A stretch of DNA of 62,956 bases, filler included, from Stramenopiles sp. TOSAG23-2 (GCA_900128395.1; 27 parts of 27 records of this genome joined end to end with filler, not necessarily neighbours in it), one strand, 5' to 3'; positions 12,657 through 25,490 are shown, counted from the whole stretch's first letter. A program made the numbers and translations. The notes: a model not told the origin generated them from the letters alone.

Positions 12657-13477
12657 TGCTTATTAGTAGTAGTACAATCCTAAATTATAATTATAAATTG
12701 CTTTATATAAATATGTTAATGTCGCGTTATTTTATGAATATTATATATATATATATTACTATAGTCGTCTCTCATTCGATACAACTTCTGTCCTATATAA
12801 TATGCTAAAATGATAATATGCCCCGTTATATATATATTGATGGATACAAAACTTCATCTCATCTCTATATTATTTTTGTTGAGCGTTTGACTGACTTTTT
12901 TTTTACAAGTATATACATCGTCTCCATCACCCCCTCTTTATTAACCGTATTTATATATATTATTGGTCTCTGTGTAATATTATAATCGCTATTTCAATTT
13001 AAATATTATAATATTCATTTCGGATTTGGACCAATCCCGCAAGTATTATAACAAAATTGTTACTGGATCACAAATTAGAGGAATTGATTCCAGTTGTTGG
13101 TACGCCATGATGATACGGGGAGAAGCTTTTGATAATACGATGTTTAGAAGTCGTCTAGATTAGGTATATATGCATATAGCTTGTCGCACCTAACCCGTAT
13201 GATATATAGTCAGGAAATTGCAGCAAGCAGTATTCCACCTGGCAACATTTTCACAAGATGTACAATCCGTGCAATAGGCAGTTGGAAAGGATTAACTCGT
13301 ATTGTACAGTATTTGAAATTATCTTAGAGAGGCGCAATTAGAGTATTTTAAATTTAAAAAAACATACGAACGTCCAGTATTAAATTTACTCTGGAGATCT
13401 GGAGACAACCAATTTATTAAAAACATATTTAAAATTTTTTTCTTATTATTTTGAAAATCAGAAAAAACTTTATTTTT

Positions 13478-13953
13478 CTATATTTGAGTATATTTTGCAA
13501 AATCACCATTGTACCATGTATATAAAATAAACAAAGCTGGTAATACAACTGCTGGAATGTATCGGAATCGTCCAGGGGCATGTTCAAGCACACCATTTTT
13601 ACCATTTAACAATGGCAATGGTTTGTAATATGTAAATGTCCAACTTGTAACAAGGGATTTTCCAAATTGAAATAACAAACTTAAATAACAAAATTGTGTT
13701 TGAACAAAGTTAATATACAACCAAATTAAACCATAACCAACTCGATGTATACCATCTGTTGCTTGTAATACACCGACCATAATACCCGCAGCTGTTTTAT
13801 TATTTAAACCTTTCACCCCAGCAATTCTTTCAAGACCTCCAAAGGGTTTCATTAACCAATGCGGAAATGCACCCATCATATCCATCACTGTAATCGCAAA
13901 CACAAACGTACGAATATATTTAGCACATAATTGATTTTTCTTTTCATCATTTT
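13478..13953 (-). CDS. Hypothetical multi-pass membrane protein, 5' truncated by a chimeric junction
   Basis: Several hydrophobic segments; frame stays open upstream to the fold-back junction. Confidence 0.55.
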
Positions 13954-13991
13954 GTACGTTTGTGTTTGCGATTACAGTGATGGATATGATG
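13874..13991. repeat. Perfect 38-bp inverted repeat ending at the contig end (fold-back chimera)
   Basis: 13874-13911 is the exact reverse complement of 13954-13991. Confidence 0.9.
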
Positions 13992-14091
13992 NNNNNNNNN
14001 NNNNNNNNNNNNNNNNNNNNNNNNNNNNNNNNNNNTTAATTAATTAANNNNNNNNNNNNNNNNNNNNNNNNNNNNNNNNNNNNNNNNNNNN

Positions 14092-14518
14092 TGCAACTAA
14101 TAATGGAAAAAAAAAAATTATACATGCACCTAATGTAAAAAACCATATTCATAAACGAAAACGAACAAATGGACTATTAATAAATGAAAATCAAACGAAA
14201 ATAAAAAAAAATGTAAAACAAAATAATGGAAAGGATGACACAAGGATGAAAAATAATACTAACAATTTTATCTGTCATTTATGTACCTTTGAAAATATCA
14301 ACAATCGTACAATGATCTGTACAATGTGTCAAACAAAACAAAAGAGGAACAATAAGACTAATACGAATAATACGAATACTACAAGGACTAATCCAATCCC
14401 AACAACAACAACAACGACGACGACGACAGCAACAACAAATACTTCCATCGATCAATCAAGTCGTAATAACAATAATAATTTCAATAATAATAATGAAGAG
14501 GTAATTGATTTAACATAA
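14092..14518 (+). CDS. C-terminal fragment with RanBP2/NZF-type zinc finger and terminal SUMO-interacting-like motif
   Basis: FICHLCTFEN...MICTMCQT; poly-T/N; ends EEVIDLT*. Frame open to contig start. Confidence 0.7.
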
Positions 14519-14938
14519 AAAATATTAATAATAATTTTTTTTATATTTTATACTTATTAGTATAGGGGGTGTTTTTTCAAAAATAACATTGTTGTAATTT
14601 ACCACAGGTTAAGGTAATTTAAATTGGCAGATTGGCAGAGTATCCTTAACTTCATATAACATTAGCATGGCTTTACCATTATGTGAAAAAAGTTCTCTGA
14701 CAAATTTTTAATTTTAACAAAAAAGCAGCCAAAATGGCAAACATGTAAACATGGAAACGTTATTATATAACAAAAAATACACATAAGGGTACAGATATTA
14801 GCTTAATCAAAAAATAATATGTACAGTATATTATAAAATTAAGACGCAAACACATATAATATATTAATTTTATTATAATTTTACAGAAACCATATCTAGT
14901 CTGAACTACCCAACCACGAAAGAAATGAGCTACCTTAG

Positions 14939-15928
14939 AAAGGCACCACCTGGTGCAAAACATGGTATAGTGAAGATGATGATGATAAAAATACTAATAA
15001 TACTTCATCCAAAACTGATGAAAAGAAAAAATTGGAGGAAAAAGCAAAAGAAATAATTACCAAAGCATATGATTTAGATGATACAAAAGATATTTTACAA
15101 GTTGATGGTACTCCATTGAAGGTTGATATGGAAGCAGTTTGTGTTGATTTATCATTAAATAGAAGTAAAGCCGTATTGAATTTTAGAGGTAGGCGATTTG
15201 AAAGGCATGAATTAGAATTATTATCCGAAGCACTTCGAACAAATACTTCCGTGAAACGTTTAATATTATCTTTTTGTGAGTTAAAATCCAAAGACGTACG
15301 AATAGTAACACAATTTTTAACTACAAATACATCTCTGAGAGTGTTAGATTTATCACATAATTATTTAACCGCAACTGGTGCAATTGGTATGAAAAAAAAT
15401 ATAGAAAAAAACAGAACGTTAAAAGTTTTATTATTATCACATAATTATTTATCAAATAAAGGTAGTAAAGTTTTACTAGATATGATGAAACAGAACGGAA
15501 CGATAGAAATGTTAGCATTAGATTACAATGGAGTGGATGATAAAGCATTGTTATTAGAAATATTAAAAGCATCAGAACAAAATACAAAAGGGTCTGCATC
15601 AAATAAAGCACGTTCAATTCAAGAAAAATTTGATCAATTAAAAGTTGAACATGAAAAGTTAAAAAATGAATTTAAAAATTATAAAAAAGTTGCAAGCAAT
15701 ACTATGTTTACGCCACAAGAACGTCTAAAAATGATTATGAATAAAAACAAATCGAAGATGACAAGACGTACTGGAAAAGCCAATTGGAAACGTTTATCAG
15801 TTGTTAATAAATTAAGGGCTGGTTTAATAAAATCGAAAAGTAATCATCAAGATGAAGCTAACAGTTTAAATGCAAAAATAAAGAAAGGGAAGAAAAAGGC
15901 AAAGAAAAAGAAATTAAAACCAATATGA
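14939..15928 (+). CDS. RI-like leucine-rich-repeat protein with coiled coil and basic tail; start unresolved
   Basis: 28-aa LRRs NTSVKRLILSFC, NTSLRVLDLSHNYL, NRTLKVLLLSHNYL, NGTIEMLALDYNGV. Confidence 0.75.
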   Translation, partial: KGTTWCKTWYSEDDDDKNTNNTSSKTDEKKKLEEKAKEIITKAYDLDDTKDILQVDGTPLKVDMEAVCVDLSLNRSKAVLNFRGRRFERHELELLSEALRTNTSVKRLILSFCELKSKDVRIVTQFLTTNTSLRVLDLSHNYLTATGAIGMKKNIEKNRTLKVLLLSHNYLSNKGSKVLLDMMKQNGTIEMLALDYNGVDDKALLLEILKASEQNTKGSASNKARSIQEKFDQLKVEHEKLKNEFKNYKKVASNTMFTPQERLKMIMNKNKSKMTRRTGKANWKRLSVVNKLRAGLIKSKSNHQDEANSLNAKIKKGKKKAKKKKLKPI

Positions 15929-16436
15929 TAAAAGCGTGAAAAAAAATATATAAAAAATTACGGTGTATAATTTGTCGGTCCATAATGCTACGTATAGATT
16001 TCCATCTATTCCCACCACTGATCTTGGTAATATCAGAGGGAGAGAGACAAGATGACGTGAGATTATTTGGAGAGAAAGTACACTAAAACACGAATATATG
16101 TGATCTGTTGTATTTTACAAAGTAAAATACTGTGCGCTATACATTGTATTTTTTTAAGTGTTTGCTTTTGCTTTTTTATGTACGTACCCACTTTATACCA
16201 CACCACACACACCACACTCGATCATTAAATTAGTTTTCCTTCTTCTCTCTCGATTTGTTTCAATTAATATATAATATCATATAGAGAAAATGGAATTTTG
16301 TTTTTTGCTTTTTTTATAATTCAATCATGTCATTGTNNNNNNNNNNNNNNNNNNNNNNNNNNNNNNNNNNNNNNNNNNNNTTAATTAATTAANNNNNNNN
16401 NNNNNNNNNNNNNNNNNNNNNNNNNNNNNNNNNNNN

Positions 16437-17006
16437 TTTATTTATTTTTTTTATTTCAGATAAATTTAAATTATCAATTATATCATCATGTGAAAAGGTA
16501 TTGTCTAATGGTGGCGATGATGGCATTTCTATTGATATCATTTTATTCATATTCGTATCTATTGTAGTATTTACATCGTGATCATCTTCATTTTTTTCTG
16601 GAGTATCATTATTATTATGCATTAATTTATTATTATGTTCATTAATAATTTGTTTATTTAAAAGTGATACATCAAGATGTAATTTAATATCATTTCCATT
16701 AATTTTATCTTCATTTTCTTCTTGAAAATCACTTTTATTATCTAATATAGTGTCATTATTTGTATATGACTTTTCTATGTAAATATCATCTTTCGTTTCT
16801 TCTATTTCAGTCAAATCATCTTTAATAATGGTAGTATCTTCTAAACATTTATTTAATTTATTTAAAAAGGAGTCATCTGTCATTATTTTATCAATCATTA
16901 TACTATTATTTTTCTTCATAGTAGTAGTTGAAATATGATCCGATGGTGATTCAACAATGACATCATCATCGTTATTTTTCAATATTTTGGTATTATTGCA
17001 TCCCAT
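16437..17006 (-). CDS. Low-complexity Asn/Asp-rich protein with putative N-myristoylation/palmitoylation start, 3' truncated
   Basis: Begins MGCNNTK (MGCxx[S/T]K dual-acylation pattern). Confidence 0.55.
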
Positions 17007-17790
17007 CTTTTAATATATTGTTGTGTTGTCGATTTGTATGATGAGAATATGCGTATTATGTGTAGGACGACTATGTATATCGAGAAGCAATTTTTTATTA
17101 ATATATATGTCTTTGTTTTTTTTGTACTTCAACAACAACCTATAACAACGTTCATCTTAATCTTTTTGCGTTGTGTGCATAACTTTAAGTATAGATTTAA
17201 TATACCAATTAAATGCCTATCACATTTTCTTTGAAGTATATAAATTTTTAAAAGTAGAAATGGAAAAAGATTCAGTTTTCTAAAATACCAATTTTATTTT
17301 TCATAATTGGAAAAATTGTAAATATACGAAAAATATAGAAAGATGCTAAAATTTTACGTAACACATGCTGAAGGAAAGAAAACGACCAAGTCCGATCTCC
17401 ACTTCCCCTCTAAAGTCTATTATTTTTTCGTTTGCACGTTCGTCTGTCTCCAAACTTCCACAAATCATAATTGGGAATAATGGATATACGGGTATGATGC
17501 AAAAATAGAAAATAACACACGATGGCCTCATATTTCCGCATTTTCGCTTTGCAAACTAACACTCTCTTCTTCACTTTACGAGCTACAAAATAAAGTGTAT
17601 AGTCGTCTTTAGCAGGTAAATAGTTACTGGGATTTATCACTATAATTTGTTGAATCAATCAAAAGATATATAGAGTAATCCAAATATAGTCGTCGACGAC
17701 TATATACAATACAAAGAAAGATTTCATTTTAAGAAAGAACAAACGAACAGACGCGCACATACACGCAACAGTATTCTCAAATAAACAAAA

Positions 17791-18678
17791 ATGATATTTG
17801 AGGTAAATCATGTATATTGGCGTAAATTTATGGGTATTTGGTGGCCCGTTATTGTCACACTTAATCAAAATGGTGCTATCGACTGTGAATACAGATATAA
17901 TTATAATTCTGCTAGCTATAACGACCGCGTTGAAGAAGAAACTGTATACAAAAAAAAACTAGGGCGTTGGGAAAATTTTCTTGACTTTGTACCACCTCAG
18001 CTAAATAATACCCCAAGTAAAGTCATTCAAAACAATTATGAATGGGCAGTTTGTTTACGTACGGCAATTGCTCATTTTTTAACAACTAATGATATTTCAG
18101 AATTAACTAATAAATTAAGAAGTTTTTACCAAAGTTTTGCAAATAATAATGATAATAATGATGATATTAAACCAAGTTCAGATCATCCGCACCCGTTAGA
18201 AAAATGGTTAAACGGCTGCTTTTCTTGGGCTTGTGATGGGTGTAATAAATCGTTTCAAAATAATTTGACCGTCGCACGATTTAAATGTTCATATGGCTGC
18301 GTAAGTACATACTTTTTTTTAGTATAGTATCAATATTATTTGAAATTATAAAAACTACAAAAATTGCTAACAAGTATAATATATATATATAATATACCAT
18401 ATAAACACTTCTCTACACAGGATTTTGATTTATGTCAAGAATGCCACGAGGCAACAATAACGTCTGCAACTCATGCTACAAATATTACGACTACAACCAC
18501 CACGACAACAACTACGACAACGGAGGGACCATCGAAAAATTCCGATGAGATCAAATATCCTACCGATTTTCATACATGGACAGCACGTCAAAAAGAACGT
18601 TTTTTGCTTGAACATACCATGGAAAAAGAAGAGAAGATGAAATTAAAACTTAAGAAAAAATTCTCTAATCCTAATATT
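17791..18678 (+). CDS. ZZ-type zinc-finger protein (two exons), 3' truncated
   Basis: Intron 18301-18420 (GTAAGT...ACAG, phase 0) joins HPHPL...WACDGC...RFKCSYGC|DFDLCQECH. Confidence 0.85.
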
Positions 18679-18778
18679 NNNNNNNNNNNNNNNNNNNNNN
18701 NNNNNNNNNNNNNNNNNNNNNNTTAATTAATTAANNNNNNNNNNNNNNNNNNNNNNNNNNNNNNNNNNNNNNNNNNNN

Positions 18779-19565
18779 TCCTCGACGTGCATCTAAAAGA
18801 AGAAAGGCAACACAAAATTTAGCGACGTTTAAAAGTGTCATCCCAAGTTTGTCCCCACCGACGCTGGATATACCTCGCGTGAATGTTACCATATGCCGCG
18901 CAATTGTTGTAGGCACTATAGCATTTCAACTGCCGCCAAATGAAAGCTCTGATTATAAAACTCATAAATGGTATGTTTATGTGCGTGGAATGCAATGTGA
19001 GGATTTATCGTATTTTGTTAGCCGTGTCGCATTTTCATTGCATGGTAGTTTTAATCCTCCGATACGTTCCATTGATAAACCGCCATATGAGGTACAAGAA
19101 TTCGGTTGGGGTGAATTTTCTATCGGTGTACGCATACATTTTAAAGATAGATCCATACCACCAGTTGATACAGTTCATATGTTAAAATTGTACCCGCCTG
19201 CAAATTTAAAACCAAATCCTAAAAAGCCAGTATTGAGCGAACAATACGATGAAATAGTTTTTAATAATCCACCAACAGCATTTTACAAATTATTGATGGA
19301 TGGACCTCAAATTGAACCACCACGCCATCCATTGACAGATTTTTTTGGTAACTTTAATGAGATTTATGATTTGAAACGTATACGGGAAGCACAAGCATAT
19401 GTTGACAAAGAACTATCAAGTGTGAAACAAAAAATAGAAGAAAAAGCAATTGAAAATAAATTAGGTATAGTAGGTGATGTAGTAGGTGATGTTGATGTAG
19501 ATATACATATGGGTGATGATGTAGTTGATGATGATATGGCAGAAATTAGTGATATGTTGGGTTAA
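18779..19565 (+). CDS. YEATS4: YEATS-domain protein, Yaf9/GAS41-like, 5' partial
   Basis: THKWYVYVRG...LHGSFNPPIR...PPYEVQEFGWGEF...HMLKLY...SEQYDEIVF plus coiled coil. Confidence 0.88.
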
Positions 19566-19737
19566 AGAGAGAGAGAGAGAGAGAGAGAGAGCAGAATGTC
19601 TGTGTGTGTTGATTTAAATACTCCTACACTTTCAAGTTTATTTTTAGTTTTACTCCGTATATTTTTTCATATTTCTAGGAAGACATACTACGAATATCGT
19701 GTGTATCATACAAATTTTTTTACGCTTCGTATTTTTT

Positions 19738-21018
19738 TTATACATAACACTTCGTTCTCATCTCGTCGATATATTTTAAAACCTCTTTCGGTGTTGCATC
19801 TAATTCTTCAGCAATTTCTTTTTGTTTAGAAAATGGCAATGTACCAAATAATTCACATAAATCACCATCAATTACATGTTGCACTGGGGCAAAATAACTG
19901 CGATAAGCAACATGTCGCCAACCACTTAAAAAATCTACTTCTTTTCTTAAATGTCTTTCCAATGTTTCAAAAAATTCCACTTTCTTTGGCAAAACGAATG
20001 GCATCAACGTTCCAATGCCACCTAAAATAGTTGAATAAACCAACATCTCATTTCCACCCATTACTAATGGCTTTTTCACAATCGAAGTAACAACTTGTCC
20101 AATATAAAATTGGGCTTGCGAATTCAATCGATTATTTTTTTGAAAGCTGGCTCTTGTTGTACCAGCATTCCATAAATTTTCCGGTTGTTTCAAATTAAAA
20201 TCAATTAATTCTACATTATCTGGAACTTGTAATACAAATATACTACCAAATTTATCACCACCAGCAATCGTATTGTAATCCAACGGGCACGCGCATGTTA
20301 TAAAGCGTGGTATTTTATCAAATGCTAATGTTCCAAACATATTGGTATCAAAGCTATATTCTAAACAATGAAACGATTCTTCCATATCACCAACAAATAT
20401 ACGATTTCCCATAGGATTTATTGTACGTATACGAGTAGGAAACTCATGGCTTTGGCATTTTCGTAATAATTTTTTCTTACCTAAATCATATAAACGTAAT
20501 TTTGCTCCCACTGCAATTAATATTTTACCACCATACGGTGCCATCGCCAATGGAATATCATCAATTAAAGTTGTATGATATAACACAAAATCTTTTGAAT
20601 CTGTTAATCGATATACATGTATTTTACCACCATTATGAGATCCATCAGTTAAACTTAAATTCGCTACTGTACCAACAACTATGTATGGTTCAGAATTATT
20701 AGAGGATTCAAAAACTAAAGACGTTATGGTAAACGCGCTTTCATTATTACCAAATGGACAAAACGATAGTGTTTTTCCCGAAATTGGATTGACAACTCTC
20801 ATAGCACTTAGCCATCCACTGCCTGTTCCACGAGTATAACCAACTTGTTCAGATAATAATTCATCTGTTTCCTCAGAATCAAATTCAGGTGGGGTCATTG
20901 TGTCATCATATCTATTATCTATACTATGCTCCGCATTGAATGGATTATTATTTAGATTAACATTATAATCAGATTCAATAATTAAAAGAACCGATTGTGA
21001 TGGTACATCACCATCATG
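19738..21018 (-). CDS. SF3B3: Splicing factor 3B subunit 3 (SAP130/Rse1), C-terminal part
   Basis: LRLYDLGKKKLLRKC, LDYNTIAGGDKFG, HVAYRSYFAPVQHVIDGDLCELF; frame open to contig end. Confidence 0.93.
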   Translation of the reverse strand, partial: HDGDVPSQSVLLIIESDYNVNLNNNPFNAEHSIDNRYDDTMTPPEFDSEETDELLSEQVGYTRGTGSGWLSAMRVVNPISGKTLSFCPFGNNESAFTITSLVFESSNNSEPYIVVGTVANLSLTDGSHNGGKIHVYRLTDSKDFVLYHTTLIDDIPLAMAPYGGKILIAVGAKLRLYDLGKKKLLRKCQSHEFPTRIRTINPMGNRIFVGDMEESFHCLEYSFDTNMFGTLAFDKIPRFITCACPLDYNTIAGGDKFGSIFVLQVPDNVELIDFNLKQPENLWNAGTTRASFQKNNRLNSQAQFYIGQVVTSIVKKPLVMGGNEMLVYSTILGGIGTLMPFVLPKKVEFFETLERHLRKEVDFLSGWRHVAYRSYFAPVQHVIDGDLCELFGTLPFSKQKEIAEELDATPKEVLKYIDEMRTKCYV

Positions 21019-21157
21019 NNNNNNNNNNNNNNNNNNNNNNNNNNNNNNNNNNNNNNNNNNNNTTAATTAATTAANNNNNNNNNNNNNNNNNNNNNNNNNN
21101 NNNNNNNNNNNNNNNNNNGATAGATTATTATTAATTATTTCCTCCCTTCCACTATAA

Positions 21158-23287
21158 TACGACACTCGCTGTATTCTAACAAATATAATAAATAATAATT
21201 ACAATAGTATTAATAATCAAGGCAGGAAGAGCAATATTAAAAATTTCTACAAGATCAAAAATGATTCTAATTTCAACTGTACAAAAACTGGAAACAATTG
21301 TTTACATGAGGGAACTTGTGATCCTAAAACAGGCTTATGTACGTGTATGAAACCGTGGCAAGGCGATAATTGTCTTGAGTGTGGTTGTAAACACGGAGGT
21401 ACTTGTGAAGGAAAAAACTCTTGTACTTGCCCAGAATATTACGACCCAAAATCATGGTGCAGTTTGTGTATTGAAGGCCACGGGGGCCCAAAGTGCGAAA
21501 AGTGCGATTGTGGTGGAAATGGCTCTAACGCCCGTAGCGCCCATGGCGCCTGTAACCCTTCCCCGTCTTCCAAAGCTATGTGTCAATGCTATTTTCCATA
21601 TGTAGGTGATCACTGTGCGCAATGTGGCTGTTTCAATGGTGGAATTTGTACAAACTCTTCAGGAGGTTCATTATTTTATGGCTGCATTTGCCAAGGTAAT
21701 TTTGATGCTGAATCTAGTTGCCTTGATTGTGCTGATGGGTTTTATAAAGTGACCGGCACAAATCCTAGACATAATGACAAATGTTTGGAATGCCCTGGTG
21801 GAAAAGATAATCCATGCTCAAAGAATGGGATATGTACAGCAGATGGAACTTGTAGATGTTTAAATGGATGGGATGGGCCTTTCTGTAGTAGTCGAAAAAC
21901 GGAAGCATTTATTATTCCTGAAAACATCGTCATTTTTGTATCCATTGGTGTTGGCGCCCTTTTTGTTGGTTTAGTTGCAATGTCATTTCTAATACTATCT
22001 AAAAATATTGATTACACTGCGATAAATGGCAGCAATAGTGATCATCAGGATAGTACAAATACAACAAATTCTACTGGATATTCCTCCAATGATATCACAA
22101 TAAATAATATGGATGAAAATATCACACGTGCACTTTTAAGCAAATCAAATGAGAAACTTTCATCAAGCTTCAATTTAAAATATAATAATGATATGGTTGA
22201 TTATGGCAGTATCAACATCAATAACGATGATGGTAAAGAACAAGCATATAATAATGGTGGCTTAGATGAGGACAGAGGTAATTTAGAGCATAAATACAAC
22301 AACAACAATAATGATAATAAAAGTGACAATAAGTCAAATAATGTTGTATCTACCGTGCATGGTTGGGAAATTGGCTTAGAAACGCTGAAATTATCAACCC
22401 CAATAGCAGTTGGATCATCTAGCAACGTATATTTTGGCGATTATGCCGGTTTTCCAGTTGCAGTGAAAGTATTGCCATATAGAAAAGATAATAACAATAG
22501 TAACGACTCAAAAAATAAGAAAGCAAACAGCGTGAAAGATGATTATCGACGAGAGGCTAGTATATTAAGCCAATTGCATCATATAAATGTCGTTCGATTC
22601 TATGGAATTGCTTTCACACCAACTAGTGTACTTTTAGTACAAGAATTTTGTCCTCATACATTGCAGCAAGTCATATCCAATGGCAATGAGAGATTCGATA
22701 ACAGTTGGTGGTGGGAAACGTTGTTACGTATCTCAATAGAAGTTGCCAATGCAATGACGTTTTTACATGATAAAAATATTGTACATAGAGATTTAAAACC
22801 GGATAATATTTTATTGGATGAAAACGGTGTTGTAAAAATTTGTGATTTTGGCGTTGCTAGAATGGTTGGAACTAATGATTCTGCAAATATGACCGGACAA
22901 GTTGGAACGCCTGTTTATATGGCACCAGAGCTTTTGTTGCAAACGACTGCCCAGGAACATGCAAATCCACAGAAATTTGATGTTTACAGTTATGGTATTT
23001 TAATCTGGGCGTTATGGTCACGAAGAGTTCCATATCGTCAACACTTTATGGAAAATTCATTAAATACCTTTCAATTGGCACAAGAAATTGTAAATGGCCT
23101 TCGTCCGACTATAGATTCCAGTACTTTGCCAAAATTTGAAAGTAAAGCTAAGACATGCATGATTCCAGTATTGCCATATAGCTTGGAAAATTTAATGACT
23201 GCATGCTGGGCCCACGAACCAACGTTGAGACCGACAATGAATGAGATATCAAATATAATTTCATCTATCAAACAAGAGGAGATATGA
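21158..23287 (+). CDS. Receptor-like kinase: EGF/laminin-EGF ectodomain, TM helix, TKL kinase
   Basis: Frame open from 21158. Multiple EGF-like Cys repeats; TM IVIFVSIGVGALFVGLVAMSFLIL; VAVK, HRDLKPDN, DFG, GTPVYMAPE, CWAHEPTLRPT. Confidence 0.92.
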   Translation, partial: YDTRCILTNIINNNYNSINNQGRKSNIKNFYKIKNDSNFNCTKTGNNCLHEGTCDPKTGLCTCMKPWQGDNCLECGCKHGGTCEGKNSCTCPEYYDPKSWCSLCIEGHGGPKCEKCDCGGNGSNARSAHGACNPSPSSKAMCQCYFPYVGDHCAQCGCFNGGICTNSSGGSLFYGCICQGNFDAESSCLDCADGFYKVTGTNPRHNDKCLECPGGKDNPCSKNGICTADGTCRCLNGWDGPFCSSRKTEAFIIPENIVIFVSIGVGALFVGLVAMSFLILSKNIDYTAINGSNSDHQDSTNTTNSTGYSSNDITINNMDENITRALLSKSNEKLSSSFNLKYNNDMVDYGSININNDDGKEQAYNNGGLDEDRGNLEHKYNNNNNDNKSDNKSNNVVSTVHGWEIGLETLKLSTPIAVGSSSNVYFGDYAGFPVAVKVLPYRKDNNNSNDSKNKKANSVKDDYRREASILSQLHHINVVRFYGIAFTPTSVLLVQEFCPHTLQQVISNGNERFDNSWWWETLLRISIEVANAMTFLHDKNIVHRDLKPDNILLDENGVVKICDFGVARMVGTNDSANMTGQVGTPVYMAPELLLQTTAQEHANPQKFDVYSYGILIWALWSRRVPYRQHFMENSLNTFQLAQEIVNGLRPTIDSSTLPKFESKAKTCMIPVLPYSLENLMTACWAHEPTLRPTMNEISNIISSIKQEEI

Positions 23288-23458
23288 ATAAATAATTCTC
23301 TTCATATTTATATTTTAATTTAAAGATATGAATATGTATATAAAATGATGTTAGAAAANNNNNNNNNNNNNNNNNNNNNNNNNNNNNNNNNNNNNNNNNN
23401 NNTTAATTAATTAANNNNNNNNNNNNNNNNNNNNNNNNNNNNNNNNNNNNNNNNNNNN

Positions 23459-25394
23459 AGAAGCGAAAGTTGAACGCATGTCAAAGATAAAAGGTTTAAA
23501 AGGTGATCAAGGTATACCTGGTCCAAAAGGTGATCAAGGTATGCCTGGTCCAAAAGGTGATCAAGGTGCTACTGGTACAAAAGGTGATAAAGGTGATCAA
23601 GGTTCAAAAGGTAACAAAGGTATAAATGGTCAAAAAGGTGATCAAGGTGTGAAAGGTTTAAAAGGCGATAAAGGTGCACAAGGTTTGAAAGGTGAGCAAG
23701 GTACACCAGGCCTTGGCTTGAAATATGTAACTTTCGCATTGGATAAAAATTTTGTGAAAGGCGATTATGTTTTTTCAAGGTCTGCGAAAGATGCTAAACA
23801 TGATTCTATGTTTATTGCTGAAAAATCATTTAATTCAAAAAATAAAAAACCATATCAAGATATAGGAAATTGGATTGAGTTTAGTGCACCACGTGGTAGA
23901 GATGGTGAAAAAGGTGATAAGGGTATACAAGGCGAGCAAGGTAATATTGGACCTATTGGACATACAGGCCCAAAAGGCGATCAAGGTTTAAAAGGTGATC
24001 AAGGTTTAAAAGGTGCTCAAGGTGTACAAGGTCCAAAAGGTGAGCGTGGCCATACCGGTGTCCAAGGTGTTGCTGGTAAGGAAGGCATGCAAGGTCCAAC
24101 AGGTGCTACTGGTAAGGAAGGCATGCAAGGTCCAACTGGTGCTACTGGTGCTACTAGTGCTACTGTTACTGGTACGGATTGCCAAGACACACCGGAGTGG
24201 ATAGATAAATTCAGCAAGGGAGAAAACGTTACCACCTGCAGTCATTATGAAGTATATGAGTGGTGCATTGGTGGTGGTATTAACCCGGAATACCCTGCTT
24301 ATGCCGGGTGGGGGGCAGAAGAAAATTGTTGTGTCTGTGGTAAAGGTACAACAAAGCCAGCAAATTCAAACAAAAAATTTGCTTTTAATGGAAAAATTTC
24401 CGCTAATCCACGGAATAAGATTGGTCCATCAAGCCATCCAACACATCTTCGTCGTAGGCGGCTTCTACAAAGTCCCCATACAGGTTCGGTTTCAGGTTCG
24501 GGTTCAGGTTCGGGTTCTGGTTCAGGTCCACGTTGTCATGACACAGCCGACTGGACTGATGATTTTAATATAACTTGTAAGAAATACCGTCGTTTTGGAT
24601 TGTGTGAAGGTGACATGCTCAAACCCAAATATAAAGAGAAATTCGGAGATGACGCAGAGAAAAATTGCTGTGGGTGTGGAAAGTCAGGTATAGCACCGCA
24701 ATTGTACTACCCACCACCACCACCGGAAAATACTGAAGCTTGTCCAAATTACAAGGATCCAGGACATATAGATCTAAGTAACAAGAATGAAATTGAACTT
24801 ACTGAAATCGAAACAGATGCTACAGATTTACGTTTCGAAATTGTAAGAGACAATATCAAAAATCATATGATGGAGTGGCACCCTTATATGTATAAATTAT
24901 TTTTAAATAATACGAACATTAGGTTCGACACACATACGAGTACTAAAATGCTTTATTACGACTTTGATTGTACACAAGAACCCCATAAATGGCGATGTGA
25001 GTTTACAAAAGATTATAAGAAACATAAATTTAAGTTCCAGCCCGATGGATATAAAACACAAAGTTCCCAATGTTTCAAGCATGATGAATTTGGTGAACTT
25101 CTGGTTGATAAGGCGGATCCAGCCTCCGATGAAACCACAGGATATGTGCCACTTCAGGATTGCGAAAAGGATTGCATATCACCTACTACGTATAATTGGG
25201 TGTATGTTTATGATAACGAAAAGCCGGGTTCGAAACCAATTGAAAAGTGTTTAGCATGGACAGGTGCGGAAAACGGGATTGCAAAATATGGTTGTTGTTG
25301 TGGTGAGGAGGCCACATTGACTAATTGTGGGAGAAGCGATTCGAATGGGAGAAGGAGGAGGCGTTTGTTGAGAAGTAGTAATGAAATGTGTTAA
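23459..25394 (+). CDS. Collagen-like (Gly-X-Y) protein with Cys-rich C-terminal modules, 5' partial
   Basis: Two G-X-Y blocks separated by a ~60-aa globular insert; two CxDxxxWxD...C..Y...C...AExNCCxCG modules; GS linker; RRRRLL motifs. Confidence 0.88.
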
Positions 25395-25490
25395 AGTGTA
25401 TGATACGAACACGTTTAATATTTTGTTGATCAATATTTTAATACTTCGTAATATATTTTAATATATTATATTATACCATATACTCATGCT

